Assembly (NCBI RefSeq): GCF_033153115.1
Contig: NW_026889761.1
Coordinates: 7,688,001 to 7,752,000, forward strand
Direction: 5' to 3'
Length of the DNA: 64,000 bases
Origin: Saccostrea echinata
Taxonomy: Eukaryota
Below the pieces are notes generated by a model, which was not told the DNA's origin, did no database searches, and saw nothing but the letters and a program-made list of their open reading frames with translations. Both the position numbers and the translations under genes were made by a program. Position 1 is the first letter of the stretch, and every line of letters begins with the position of its first letter. This document shows positions 21,980 through 34,733 of this stretch, piece after piece.

Positions 21980-24550
21980 TTAATCGTTCCTTAACATTTT
22001 TACCAGTTTCTCCCAAAAGTCGTCATGAGCACAAGATTCTTCGGGATATTCAATAAAAGAGTCTCTCTTTACAAGGTCCATAACTTTACTGGGATAACCG
22101 CTATTGTACACTTCCGGTAACAAGATAAGAAGGACAAAATCTGAGCTTTCACGATCCTTGATTTCCTCCACTTTAGCCATGTTAAGCTCATAGTCCCGCC
22201 ACTTTGACTTTAAGTATCGTTTTGAAACAACACATAAAACCTTCTTACTTTCATGAATTCCAGTCATTATAGAATCCACTTTTGATAATCCTGGGAGATA
22301 GTCCCTGTCTCTAACAAGAAGACGTAATCCAGCATTGATTTCAAGCCGGGGTAGGACCTCTCTTCGTACAAAATTTCTCTCCATACCAGCGTAGGATAGA
22401 AAGACGTCGTATTCGTAGTTTAGATTTATGGAATTTTGAACATTCAGTTTGTCTCTAACTCGGAATTTAAGTTTGGCTTTGTATATTATATAACGGATCT
22501 TCCATCTGTTTCTTACCAGTAAAACCCCGGTTAGCATGCTGATACAAACAGCAAGTGATACAGAGCCCGTTAAATACCATGTCAAAAATGATCTACAGTT
22601 TTTCTCTAACATAGAAATTGACCGATCCAAATTTTCAAATGAAAATTTCATATGTCCAGGCGAGCACTGATATTGCTGAATATTTACAAAATTAGCTTTA
22701 TTTATCCTTAACCATTTAAGAAAACTTTCATTATCACAGGAGCAACCTAATAGATTATCAGAAAGATCAATGATTAACTTAGATTTCCGAAAGGCATTCT
22801 CCAAATGTTTGCGATTTTTTTCATCAAAAGATCTTATCCGATTTTGTGATAAGTCTATCGATGATAAATTTGTCATATGATCAATTTTTAAATTCCATCT
22901 TGATATCTGGTTGTTGCTAACATTTAAATACTTTAGCATCGAAGAATTTTTCACCAGCAGATTTGAAAGTTTGGAAATTTTACAGAACGAAATGTCTAAG
23001 TTCTCAAGTGAATAAAGAGACTTAAATGTTTCTCCATGTACATCTTTATCTAGATCTTGGCCTATGTCATTGTGGGATATATTTAAATTCTGGACTTGTC
23101 CACCGTCTTTAAGTATTGAAGGGGATATGTGGGAGCAATAATTATTTGAAAAATCCAACGTCATCCGGGTATTTGTTGGTTGAATATAAACAGGACCTTC
23201 CCAAGAGTTCACAAAGTTATTCCGTAAATTAACAATCCGGAGATTCGGTGCAGAAATTAAAGTTTTTCTAACCTGTACATAAAGTCTACTAGAGTAAGCA
23301 TATATTTCTTCTAGATTTCTTGGAAAAAAATAAGTCACGTTCGTACTAGTGTCAATGTTTTTAGAAGTTTGTTGTTTTGTAACTTCTTGACAACTAAAAT
23401 CAGCATCATTACACAATTCAGTCTTTTCTCTACAATCACTTATAATTCCTTCAGGAAACGTTGGTGGATACTTCTGAAAGCTCAAGTTGTATACTCGCAA
23501 ATTTTCTAAAGTGCTAAATTCTAGATAATACAGCCCAGTTGTCAATTTGTTTTCGGCCACCGATAATATCTCTAAAGTTTTTGGAAGATTTCGTAAGACT
23601 CCTGGAGCAAAATATTCCAATCGGTTACTGGCTATATATAATTCTGTGAGGTTAGTGTCTTTGAGAGAAAGAAGATGAAAACATTTTATTCCTGTTCCAA
23701 CTCCGGCTCGACAATTGACTCCATTAATACTCAGAGATTTTAGCTTAGTTTTGTTCAAATTATATGTTATATTGGGCAGGGATGCAAAACCTAGCTGGCG
23801 ATTGTAGGAAATATTAAGATGTTGTAATTTTGGTATGTTGCTGAATGATCCCTTATCGATATCCTTTACATTGCAGTGGGAAAGGTCCAAAACCTCAAGG
23901 AATGGAAAATTTGCGAACATTTGCGAATCAATATACTCGAGATTACATATTCCTACAGTCCCCGACATATCTAAAAATTTAAGCTTATTTAAATGCAAGA
24001 AACTTTTTCCAAATTTAGTGCTTGGTATCCCATTCATTTTTAAAATTGAAAGAGAATATAAATTTGTAAAACAATCTCCTGGAAAAGCTATGCCTGTTTT
24101 ATTACCGCTGTTTCCTTTTATGTTCAGCACTTCTAAGGACAACAGTCTTCTAAACAGTTTCTCGAAATTTGAACAATTCAGCTGATTTCCCTCTAGATTC
24201 AGAGACTGAAGTCTTGTTAAATGCTCGAACGGATTTCCATTCACAGTTTTTAAGTTATTACCAGATAAGTCGAGAGATAATAATCTTTCTGGCAGTTTTG
24301 TACTCTTCGATGTAATAGTCATGATTTTATTGTTACTGAGGTCTAACCACGTTATGCTGTCGTTCATATTTGGTATTACATAAAGATTCCGTTTCGAACA
24401 ATTCACACGGATTCCCTTTTCGTATAAAAAACAATCACACTCAACGCTACCAAACCAACAAGATGTAGTCTCCCCTGCATTACTTTGAAAGAAGTCTATT
24501 AACATAGTCACAGAAAAACAAATGAGAATTCGTATCCTGCTATTCGCCAT
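21980..24550 (-). CDS. Toll-like receptor A2 (single-exon LRR-TM-TIR)
   Basis: ORF 21980-24598; likely ATG at 24550 (MANSRIRILICFSVTML signal peptide). LRRNT cysteines, many LxxLxLxxN repeats, LRRCT NLLGCSCDN..FLKW, TM segment, TIR YDVFLSY / RDYLPG / FWEKL. Confidence 0.95.
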   Translation of the reverse strand: MANSRIRILICFSVTMLIDFFQSNAGETTSCWFGSVECDCFLYEKGIRVNCSKRNLYVIPNMNDSITWLDLSNNKIMTITSKSTKLPERLLSLDLSGNNLKTVNGNPFEHLTRLQSLNLEGNQLNCSNFEKLFRRLLSLEVLNIKGNSGNKTGIAFPGDCFTNLYSLSILKMNGIPSTKFGKSFLHLNKLKFLDMSGTVGICNLEYIDSQMFANFPFLEVLDLSHCNVKDIDKGSFSNIPKLQHLNISYNRQLGFASLPNITYNLNKTKLKSLSINGVNCRAGVGTGIKCFHLLSLKDTNLTELYIASNRLEYFAPGVLRNLPKTLEILSVAENKLTTGLYYLEFSTLENLRVYNLSFQKYPPTFPEGIISDCREKTELCNDADFSCQEVTKQQTSKNIDTSTNVTYFFPRNLEEIYAYSSRLYVQVRKTLISAPNLRIVNLRNNFVNSWEGPVYIQPTNTRMTLDFSNNYCSHISPSILKDGGQVQNLNISHNDIGQDLDKDVHGETFKSLYSLENLDISFCKISKLSNLLVKNSSMLKYLNVSNNQISRWNLKIDHMTNLSSIDLSQNRIRSFDEKNRKHLENAFRKSKLIIDLSDNLLGCSCDNESFLKWLRINKANFVNIQQYQCSPGHMKFSFENLDRSISMLEKNCRSFLTWYLTGSVSLAVCISMLTGVLLVRNRWKIRYIIYKAKLKFRVRDKLNVQNSINLNYEYDVFLSYAGMERNFVRREVLPRLEINAGLRLLVRDRDYLPGLSKVDSIMTGIHESKKVLCVVSKRYLKSKWRDYELNMAKVEEIKDRESSDFVLLILLPEVYNSGYPSKVMDLVKRDSFIEYPEESCAHDDFWEKLVKMLRND

Positions 24551-24669
24551 AGTTATAGCTGCCAAAATTGTCGTATATGCTGTCCGATTTTTAAACAAAG
24601 CTGCTAAATGCTATATAATTTAACATGTGTAAGTTAATCGTAAATGATACTAATGGGCATGGAGATATC

Positions 24670-24682
24670 AATGAGGAAGTTT
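24670..24682. promoter_or_regulatory. Candidate ETS-factor site upstream of A-type TLRs (also at 1685-1697 and 52544-52556)
   Basis: Identical AATGAGGAAGTTT about 120-130 bp upstream of the signal-peptide ATG in all three A genes, despite diverged neighbouring sequence between A1 and A2. Confidence 0.45.
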
Positions 24683-25328
24683 TGATCGTGTAATGCTTGT
24701 GGAAGAGGTTTAATTGCACTTTGTTCTGAGAGTTTCATCACAAAAGCTTGAAGTTTCTTTATATATGTAAAGCTTTTAAAGTGTTTCGTATACAAAGTCT
24801 GAGGACATTTATTAGAGACAAAACAAAACATTTTTCAGTTGTTTTTTTTTTGTTTTTTTTTTTTGTTTTTTGTTTTTTTTTTTTTTGTTTTTTTTTTTTT
24901 TTGCATTGGGTTTTACAGCCATTTAAATAACAGTATAAGTTATTCAATGCTCCTTGCTCTTGCAATGTTTGTTTTTTCTTTAAAAAATGAGTTACCTTTG
25001 ATAATGATAAATGGTGAATTTTGATTTAATGTTAATTTCAATACAAGGAAGGAATTAATAGTTCTTGAACCACATTGAATTATTCTGCATTTACGTTAAT
25101 TATAAAAAATGCTTCTAACAGTAATCTAAATTAAATGAGCTCTTCTTTAGGAACGCAAATTTAAATCAATAAAAAGGTCACTCTTATTTTGTCTTTTTTT
25201 TTTTTAATTTTTTTTTATTGCTGATGATGTTTACTTGATGATTACTTTAATAAAAAAAAAAACCGGGCCCATCCATTCCAATTTGTTTAAAGGCATATTT
25301 TTGACCATTTCTTTTAAATTAAAAAGTC

Positions 25329-25642
25329 GTCGCCCGCCTGATGCAGTGGTTAGAGCGTATGCTTAACACTTGCGGAGGAAGGAGTTGATCCTTACGTCGC
25401 GGGTTCGAATCCCACTGTGGAACGTGAAGACCAGTCCTTCGAATGAGACCGTATAAACCGAGGTCCCATGTCGCAGTAGGTGTTGGCATGAAAAAAAACC
25501 ACCTCTCTGCTCAATGGCCCTGATTGCCGAGTAACGGTCAAAATCTGTAGCTCTTCACGGGCAAGAGGTGGCGTCTCCATATGAGTGAAAAATTCGTTAA
25601 AAAAATTCGAAACAAAGTTAGAAAACAATAAACAAACAAACC
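25329..25642 (+). mobile_element. tRNA-derived SINE with TSD
   Basis: Full head, core and tail; TSD AAATTAAAA(A)GTC at 25316-25328 and 25643-25654; absent from the paralogous site at ~61928. Confidence 0.9.
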
Positions 25643-25751
25643 AAATTAAAAGTCAGCTTTTGGACAAATGGAACGTACGGATCAATATACATTTATTAGA
25701 ACTACATGATGTTTCCACACTAACTTTTTATTGGTTTTACATAAAAAAAAA

Positions 25752-26007
25752 TCGCCCATGTAGCGCAGTAATTAGAGCGCTTGTTAAACACTTGCGATGT
25801 AAGGAGTTGATCCTTACGTATTGGGTTCGAATCCCACTTTGGGACGTATAAACTGAGATCCCGTATCACAGTAGGTGCTACCACGAAAAATCCCTAACTA
25901 TCCAACGGCCGTAAGTGCCGAGCACAGGTCTAAATTTGCAGCTTTCCAGCGGTGGTAGCGTCTCAATACGAGTAAAAAATTGTCCAAGGGGCGTTAAAGA
26001 AACAAAC
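25752..26007 (+). mobile_element. tRNA-derived SINE with internal deletion
   Basis: Same family; a copy sits at the equivalent position in the duplicated block (62027). Confidence 0.85.
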
Positions 26008-28129
26008 GGAGAAAGTCACAATTACTTCCGTTCAATATAGTTTTATAAAATTCATATCAACAACAACAACAACAACAACAACAAAAAGTAAATGGCCACC
26101 TTTTAGAGATGTCAGGCGTAGATCGATAAAATTTTATCTCAACATTAAAAAAAATATGCTCATTTCCGATACAAAGCATTATTACATCTGCATAAAAACA
26201 TATTCAAAGGGCTTCATTTAATTTTGAATTTTACATACGTGTGACTTTATCAATAATAAAACTGGAATATAAGGGGAAAAATATACAAAGGAAGCATAAT
26301 GCATGAATGGAGAAACCAAAAGTTTGATTTTTTCACAATTTCGAAAGACAAAAAATAATTTTTATGGTAAATTTATTTTATTAATCCTTCGTTTTCCCTA
26401 CAAATATCTTTTAATTTCGCTGAAAGGGAAATTAATAACAGATTTTGGAAAACCTTAAGGATAATATGATGATGGATATAAATTGGCACAAAAAATGTAT
26501 TTTTTGTTTTGTTTGTTAAAACTTTGACAGTTCAGCAGTTTCAGCTTATGCAAGAATTTACATTACCCGGTATGTATATTCTGCAATGTCGCAAAATTTT
26601 ATCTCGATATCTTAACGAACAAAGAAAGTATTTCATCGTTTAAGTTACTTTACCGAGGGATAAGGTCAGTGGCAACTAAATGTGCAATGTTGTTAAATTT
26701 TCATATGGTAGGATCGAGTTTCGAGATAAACCCATTTTGATATGATACATATGAATAAGCATACCTTGTTTCCATAGTCTTATTTCTGTATGTCCCTGAA
26801 TATCTCTCTTATTATGTGCTAATGAAAAGAAAGGAAGTTGGTTCAGATTGGAAGCACTGAATTATCTCATGTTTTATAATAACTTCCCGTTGCATCCGTG
26901 ATGGGCGACAATTGATAAAACACTTTGGCGTTATTTAACTTTCCATAAACTTTTTAGGACAATTTAAATGTCAAATCAATTCCTTCTATGTAACAATGAT
27001 ATCTTTTGCAATGTTAAACAAACCATTCATGAACTAATTACTTATGCTTTAATTTTCCCAATTTCCAACTGACGACCTAGCATACCCGACAAAGAAGACA
27101 GTTCCATCTTTTAGAAAATTACATTTATATTTGAAAATGTAAATATCAAAAATGCCGTCTTGTAGAATTCAAATACACAAGGCATTGCTAATTTTCCATA
27201 GTCCTCGTTCACTGACGTCAGACGTAATGACAACCGGACATTGACATACATATTAGAACTTAGTCTTTCACTTGAAAATGAAATTTAAATTCAGTGGAAA
27301 ATAACGAGGAATTCACAAACTTGACTTTCAAAGAGTTACAACATTAAGAAATTTTAATATAAGTATATAGCTTGGACATTATATTTTCAGCATTATGTTT
27401 TTAACACTATTTAAGCTTCAGATAGTGTTGACATAGCTGTGGCATTTCAAAAATGTTATAAAATGTAAAACGAGATAATAAATCGTACGACATAAGAAGT
27501 CGTTATAACGAGACATTTATTCGTACGCATGGGATGACAAATTATTGATGAAATTATAAGTCTTAATTAAGCGATAATAATTCTTAATTAAGAGAAAATA
27601 AGTCTTTATTAAGAGATAGTAAGTCTAAGTTAAGAGATAATACGTCGTTAGAGCGAAACGATAAGAAATAGGGATTTTTATACTTCATACATCCTTAGCA
27701 TGAACAGAAGCAAAAGTTGAAAAGAATTAATGTTAATAACAAAATCAAGGACCAATCAAGGAAATTTTTCAGGGGGGTTAAATATCCGCCCAAAAAATTA
27801 TCATGTATCAGAATGTCATTAACCAAAAAAAAATTTAATAAAGTTCTAAACTTGAAAAATCTCTTTTGTAAGTGTACGTTAGTGTGTGTTATGTGTGTTT
27901 GTGTGTGAGAGGGTAACCTCGTTATAACGACTTATTTTATAGTGTGTACAGCCTAATCTATGTTGTTTATACGCTATACTTTCTCGTAATAACGACTGAA
28001 TTATTTTGCCGTTCGTGCGACTTAATATCGCGTACGTACGACTAAGTGGATGCCGTTTATATGATTTATTAAGTTGTTAGTTGTCTAAGCGTATGTCAAG
28101 TGTACTGCTTGGGTGTCAGGCTGGGATTG

Positions 28130-28620
28130 TGCCATTCCATCTTGATATTTGGTTATTTACAAACTATAGACGATAAGGGTCAACCAACAACTAAATTGTA
28201 TGACAAACGAGATGACTTCAACTTTTCCATCTTCAACTTTCCTAATTTATGTAGTAATATTCCGCTTTTACCTGCATATGGTGTTACATCTCCCAAATTA
28301 TTCGACACTTAAGAGCTTACTTCGAGTACGATCAATTTTTAAACCGAGGCAGGCCACTTGCAGAATTTCCAGGGATTTTTACAACCTCGTTTAAAATCGT
28401 TTAAAATCAGCATTTCATAGTCGTTATTATGACCTTGTTAGCAACTATAACCTATCATTGGGTGGTATTCTGGATGACTTGACAAAAGGCTCACGGCGGG
28501 TGTGCCCGGTCAATAGGAGATGCTTACTCCTCCTTGGCACCTGATCCTACCTCTGGATTTTCCACGGGACCATGTTTTATGCCCTCTAAATAGAATGTAA
28601 TGTTCGTTATTTTCGCCTTA
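28130..28620 (+). mobile_element. Naiad-like PLE 3' fragment
   Basis: TTKLYDKRDDFNFSIFNFPNLCSNIPLLPAYGV followed by the 3' module. Confidence 0.85.
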
Positions 28621-31600
28621 TTTTAATTTGCTGGCACGAAAGTATGAACATTCTATAAATGAAATATCTACGTTCTCAGAGGAAACTAAAGCCTCAAATT
28701 ACATCCTTGTCTGTGTCTTGACCTAAGTCATTGTGGAATTCATTTATACATGTGTCTGGGCTTATTTAAAGGCATTTAAAACGCAGTATGTTATTTATTT
28801 ATTTGATGATTTGTCCGTTGAAAATAAACTTCCAAAGAGTGATTTTTTTTCTGGAGCATTAATTTGGAAACTATCAGCAGGTTTGGAAAATTTAGAAAAC
28901 TCGAAATATTTGAGCAATGAACAGTCCATCGTGGGCACGCGGGGATGTTTTAAAAATTTGGTAATCGCACTTTCTTGGTAACAGATTTGACGATTACTTG
29001 TTTTTCTTAACATTTATCTGCAATTGAACCAGGAAACAAGTGCTCCTTAATACTGACGTTGTACAAGGTTTTTAGTAAACTATAGTAGGTTCTGGTTTAA
29101 CGAGGTACGATTGGAATACTCTGGTTTACCATGGTACTTACCTTGATCTACTATAGCACCACTATTTACATGCATATGAATCATTACACTAGAATTCGGA
29201 GATTGAAGGAATGTATGTCTATAAAGCAATTCTTTAGATCAAATTAAATGTTAATAATACAAACGACTAACATTGCTTTCTCATCAAGTACTCTTGGTTT
29301 ACAAGTAATAAAACTTTAAAGGTAAAATACATGTTCGATCATGAAATGTTGATAGCCTTGAATGTTGAATTATCATATAAATGAAGAAAACAGTAAAAAT
29401 ATACACAGTATGTGTATATTATATTTTGAATCCATAAAAAACATCCAACTTCAACACCGATGTAATAGACTAGTTTCGGTTTTGATTCATACCTGCCACC
29501 TTGTTTCATTTCATTTTTGGCAGTAGATGAGCGAGTTAGATAATTATATCACTTTGAATTACTCGATTAAGCAAGGATACACAAAATGAAAAAAATAAAT
29601 TTCGCCTTCTTGAATGTCAATTTTCCTGTTTTTACATCAAATCCTGCTACTTTGTTTAGTCAGTCTGTGTGAAATATAACCAGTTGAATGCCCCTAGACT
29701 AAGAATATTTTAGAAACGTTGCTCAAACTGGAATTCCGTATGAATTTAATTTTTAAAAAATTGTATGAATGTCTAATTCTAGGTCTTTATGTTATTCGTG
29801 AGGATGATATTTCCATCGGTTTTCATGGACAATGAACACAACCTGGATTGCATACTCTCTATAGACATTTTGGTTTTGTATCCACAACCGTTTCAGATGG
29901 AAATGCATCTGCTTTACTTTCATGTGTTTCTGATGACAGGGCAACAGACAAGCAGCGTCAATAAACCGAAAGTCTATCAGGAACACGGCTTAAATGAGGG
30001 TAACCAGTAACAGTACTCAAGAATTAATCAATTACTGAAGTAATGTTTCCTACTGATAGTCTTATAATTAAAAAAAAATAGGATAAATGAAATCTGGCAT
30101 TTATCAAAAGCAGTCCAGTACTTAAAATAATTCGAGACAATTAGTTGACTGTCATTGTTTAATGAAAATCTGCAAAGTAGTTCATATTCAAAATGAAATA
30201 AAAACGAGACAGGTTTTAGATATAAATCATGTCTTGATGAATTTGTAGTTTTATACCAAATATACTCACGGGCGTAGCATTGTTAATACTTATGCAAGGA
30301 ACCAGTCAAATAACTAATCCTGAAACTGTCGCTTAGAGCTTTTAATGGCACATCCAACAAATTTTCTTTATAAATGTAACAATTGTAAATCACATCGGTT
30401 TGATGTAGGATATGATACAGATATTTTATGGCATGTATGGCATGTATTATTCTCTATATATTGATAAGAGATACAGGCGTTGGAAGCAAATTGAAAGTGG
30501 TGGGGGGGGGGGGTGATTGAAGAGAAAAAAAATCCATAGCCCCACCCCCAGTCCCGACGAAATGCATATTTATTACACTATTACACATATGTATGTATAC
30601 TTTGAAAAAATACAGTCTAGCTGTGCATTAACATGCAAAAAAATGTGCAGATAAGATCTTTAAAAATTCCACAAACGATACCAATCTGTAATAATTACAT
30701 GTACAAAAAATACAGACCCCTAAAGGTAGGATCAGAGGTCAAGGGGGGAGTAAGCATTCCCTGTTCACATACACACACATACACATATCCATGGGAATTC
30801 CAATAGATTGTGGAAGACATGATCTCCAACAACCACACAGAGATATTGTCAATCAGAAACTAAAGCATCTTTTTAATAATGATGAAAATTTTTTTAAGAT
30901 ATGTTTTCTATCAGCTAGAATGATTTTAATAGTCTCTTTAAAATAAAACGTCGAAATTACTTTCATCCAATTTACAATAATCAATGTTTCATTAAAGTCG
31001 AAGTGTTGTCATTGTCATTGTTATATGTGGCAATATATATGGTTTTTCTCATAACAACTCTTCATATTTAGTGTTAGTAATTTCAGGTAATATTATCATA
31101 TATACGTTTAATCTTTTTTTTTTACTTTTAGACACAAAAACTTGCATATATGCAGTATAAGCTCAACGATACTGACTCACTTTCAATGAAGCTTGTATGT
31201 TTATAGAAAGGATAAATGTAAAATTTCCAAAGAAAACTGTATGTTCAAATCACTACCAATTTCCATTACATTAACTTCTGCTGCTTTTTTTTTTAATTTT
31301 TAGAGCAAGATTTATACCACTGTTTACTTAAAAAACTGAAGTTTTCTTTTGAAATAGTGGAAAGTATTGGACTTCAGTTTTGTAACTCCTTTTTTTTTTT
31401 TTACCGAAAATACCGTATCAAATGTGTGGGCCATTAAGGAACATTTAACAAAGAAAGGGTTGCAAAAGGCTGGAATTATACGCGTTATGAAAGTAACTTT
31501 CCCTAATTAATTGTAAAATTCCTCTGTTTTCTTATCGCTATTTTTTTTTCCAAAAAATTATAATTCAAATAATTATGACAAAATAGAATGAGAACTAAGT

Positions 31601-31869
31601 AACTCTAACTTCATACTACTTTTAGTTTGTTCTATGACTTGACATTTTCATAATCATAAAAATGCCTTAACCTTCGATTACTAAAGTTGTTTTATCTGTA
31701 TAAGCCATTTAAATCATTGAACATTTTGCCCTGGCAGAATACTTCTCAAATAAAATACTAAAATGTTGATCTCTAAAGGTTTTTATAAAGTTAAAGATAA
31801 GGTAAACATTTTTCTAAGGTTTACAAGATATAACAAAAATTCAAACCTAAGTAATGCAGACTATATTCT

Positions 31870-32250
31870 CACTGGATGAAAAAAAAACAGTTTCCGCATG
31901 GCTGAAACACTGCTGAAACTCTGCGGAAACTTAAGCTTACTAATAGTTTCCGCAAAGTTTCAGTACTGAAACTTCAAGTTTCATTAAGTTTCCGCAGTGC
32001 GGAAACTTAAGGTGTCCACAAATCCAAATGGTTTCTGCAACTGAAACTTGATGAAACTTGAAGAATCTGTAAGGTTTCAGCATGCATAAACAGTTGATAT
32101 ACATGCAGCATACTATGGTTTCCGCATTGCAGAATCTTGATGAAACTTGAAGTACATGAATGGTTTCAGCCTGTCTAAACATTTGATATACAATTAGTAT
32201 ACTATGGTTTCGCATTGTGGAAACTTGAAGAAAGTTCAATATATATAGTC
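31870..32250. mobile_element. One end of a CACTG (EnSpm/CMC-like) DNA transposon with subterminal repeats
   Basis: Begins CACTGGATG followed by many direct and inverted GTTTCCGCA / TGAAACT motifs; the partner end was not found. Confidence 0.55.
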
Positions 32251-32978
32251 TCAGCTTCCACATTAGATAAATTAAGAGTTGATATTTTTTACTATTTGTC
32301 AAGATTCTACTTGGCATTTTTTCATGATGGTAGTTGAAAACTAAAACAAAATTTATTATTTGCTTCTTCAAGCCCTGCCATTAGTGTAGATCATTAATGT
32401 AATGTCTTTCATTAATGTAATGTTTTTTTCTATTTACAGCAGATTGGCCATACCTCCATCACTGAACATAAACTGTCAATTTCAGAAAACAATTCGAACA
32501 AATCATATATTTTTTTTTAATTTAATTTCAACAAGATACATGTCTCATATCATCAAGGATATGTAAAAGTAATTGGGATAATAAATGTTTAACTTCACAT
32601 CAATGGTAGCCAACAAGCATCAAGATGGATTCCTTTGTCAAATAATCAGTTTGTAGTCCAACATAATCCAACAGAAAAGTCCTTCAGTGGTTCAGTTCTT
32701 GACGACTCACTTGCACTTATGTTAGTGGTGGCTTTATGATTTCTAAACTGTTCAACACAACACTGTAGTCTGCATGTATGACATGTTCCCGTTTCTGTTG
32801 ACTTTAACATGTCAATGCTTAAGTACACGAGAGACTTGGTTTCATCCTAGTAGAAATAATGTCATGTTCAAGTTGGATTGACCTGCTCATCAGCTATTTG
32901 AACCTATTGAAAATATATGAATATAGTTTAACAGAATCCCTAATGCTGTTAAAGTACAAGCCCTTGATTTATTAATTA

Positions 32979-34733
32979 CTAGACTTTGACCCGTGCTTGC
33001 ACGGGTTGACATTGTTATGAATGCACCCATGTGCATATCGGACATTTACAAAATAGATACATCGACACATTCATATTGTAAGGTATTTTTTAGATAAACA
33101 ATGAATGTAAATATCATTCTGTTTGTTTGTTTGTTTGTTTTTTTTTTTTTGGTGTTTGTTTTGTTTTTTTTTTTAATTGTTGCGTAACAGCGTAGCGCAG
33201 AATGGGTTTGATCACCAGTTAGCTATAAATCAAGTCTTGAGTTAGAATCACGCCGGAGCTTACATAAATTTCACCCTTCCAAACAAATTTAATAAAAGAA
33301 ATTATGGATGTTCATTGAAAATATGACAACAGCAAAGAGTTGAGCACACTGCTGATACATATCAAGCAAAGTAATGAAATGAAGAAATGTGCTAAGCTGG
33401 TATTTTTACACAATCAGTTATTAAAGTAAAGGTGTAAAAATTTTTGTAACAAATTTAACACTGCAGGTCTCAACTTGTCCAAAATATGACCTCAACAATA
33501 AAAGAGTTAAGCACGGTTAATACATATACTTTATATATACACAGGTAATAGACAGGTATATAATCTGTAAAAGACTGTCTTTTTTGATAAAAATTAATGT
33601 AATGTCCTTGAATTAGTACATAGAAAAAGTAATAAAAATAGAAGCTTAATTGAGAAAAAATAAAAACAAAATGGTAATCTTCAAGTACCAATGATGTTTA
33701 AAATATATAAATTAAAAGACAATATTCTTCCGATTTATCGGTATTAAAGGCCAAAAATTCGAGTCTATAATTTTTATATAGTAGTTATTATTGTAATTTT
33801 TAGCGGAAAAAGAATGCCTACTTCACTAAGATGTGATTCTAACTGGAGTTGTAACACCCCCCCCCCCCTCTCCCCTTTTTAGTTCCCCTCAAAAAAGCAT
33901 AAAAGAAAGGAGGGATAAAATAAATCGGGTAGTTACATTAATGTTGCTCCTACGATCATGAGCTTTTTGCCTCCGTTGAGATGGCCAGAGATATAAATAA
34001 CATATAATAAATGTGTCTCCGAGATGGCGAATGATTACCCACGTGACCACAATATCACATTTGTATGGATAAACTTAGAAACGATTACGATAATACAAAC
34101 ATAGGCGTCAGAAGCAAATTGAAAGTGGGGTGGCTATTTGAAAGTTGGGGGAGGGGGGCTAAACCAACGAAAAAAGGTAAGCTCCAATTTTCAATGCCTA
34201 TATTATGTCTATCTTTGCAAAAAAAAAGGGGGGCTAAGCCCCCCTTCCACCCCCCCCCCCGGTTCCGACCCCTATGACAAATACGTGTAAATTTTCATTG
34301 GAAATTTGCTATATATTCTGTTCATATATATTACTGATTTCTTATTAGAGAAATTATACAATAACAAATATATATCTACTTAGTATTTACTTTTGTCTTC
34401 TCTGATTTGAACACACTCTCCACCAACGGCTCATACATTCGTGTATGAGAGAGAAACGAACGACAACTCTGCAAGGGAGATTGATTTAGCGTGAATGTAA
34501 TGCGCACGCGCAAGATTGTAAAATCCAAAAAACCAGATGATTTCCGGAATTTTTTGAGGAATTTTCGTTGATTATTAATTAGCGAAGCTTAATTGAGAAA
34601 AAATAAAAACAAATTGGTAATCTTCAAGTACCAATCATGTTTAACATATATCAAACAAAAGACAGTACTCTTCCGATTTATCGGTATTAAAGGCCAAAAA
34701 TTCGAGTCTATTATTTTAATATAGTAGTATAGA
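32979..34733 (-). mobile_element. Non-autonomous Helitron with a duplicated 5' segment
   Basis: Minus-strand 5' end TCTATACTACTATATTAAA at 34733; 3' hairpin ACCCGTGC-AA-GCACGGGT then CTAG ending at 32979; inserted between A and T with no TSD; 33641-33787 duplicates 34583-34729. Confidence 0.85.
34100..34276. mobile_element. MITE with 5-bp TSD, inside the Helitron
   Basis: TIR CATAGGCGTCAGAAGC / GGTTCCGACCCCTATG; ACAAA on both flanks; a related partial copy at ~30474-30560. Confidence 0.65.

Noticed and set aside
22170-22210. TIR NADase activity inferred from the Glu in WRDYEL
   Set aside because: This Glu is common in non-enzymatic TLR TIR domains, so sequence alone is not evidence.
23835-24185. 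Plus-strand ORFs overlapping TLRs (also 974-1177, 36183-36392, 51823-52026)
   Set aside because: Antisense shadows; their mutual similarity only reflects TLR paralogy.
29450-30420. Possible decayed gene on the minus strand (beta-propeller/TRIM-like)
   Set aside because: Only short suggestive peptides amid many stops; cannot be supported without a search.
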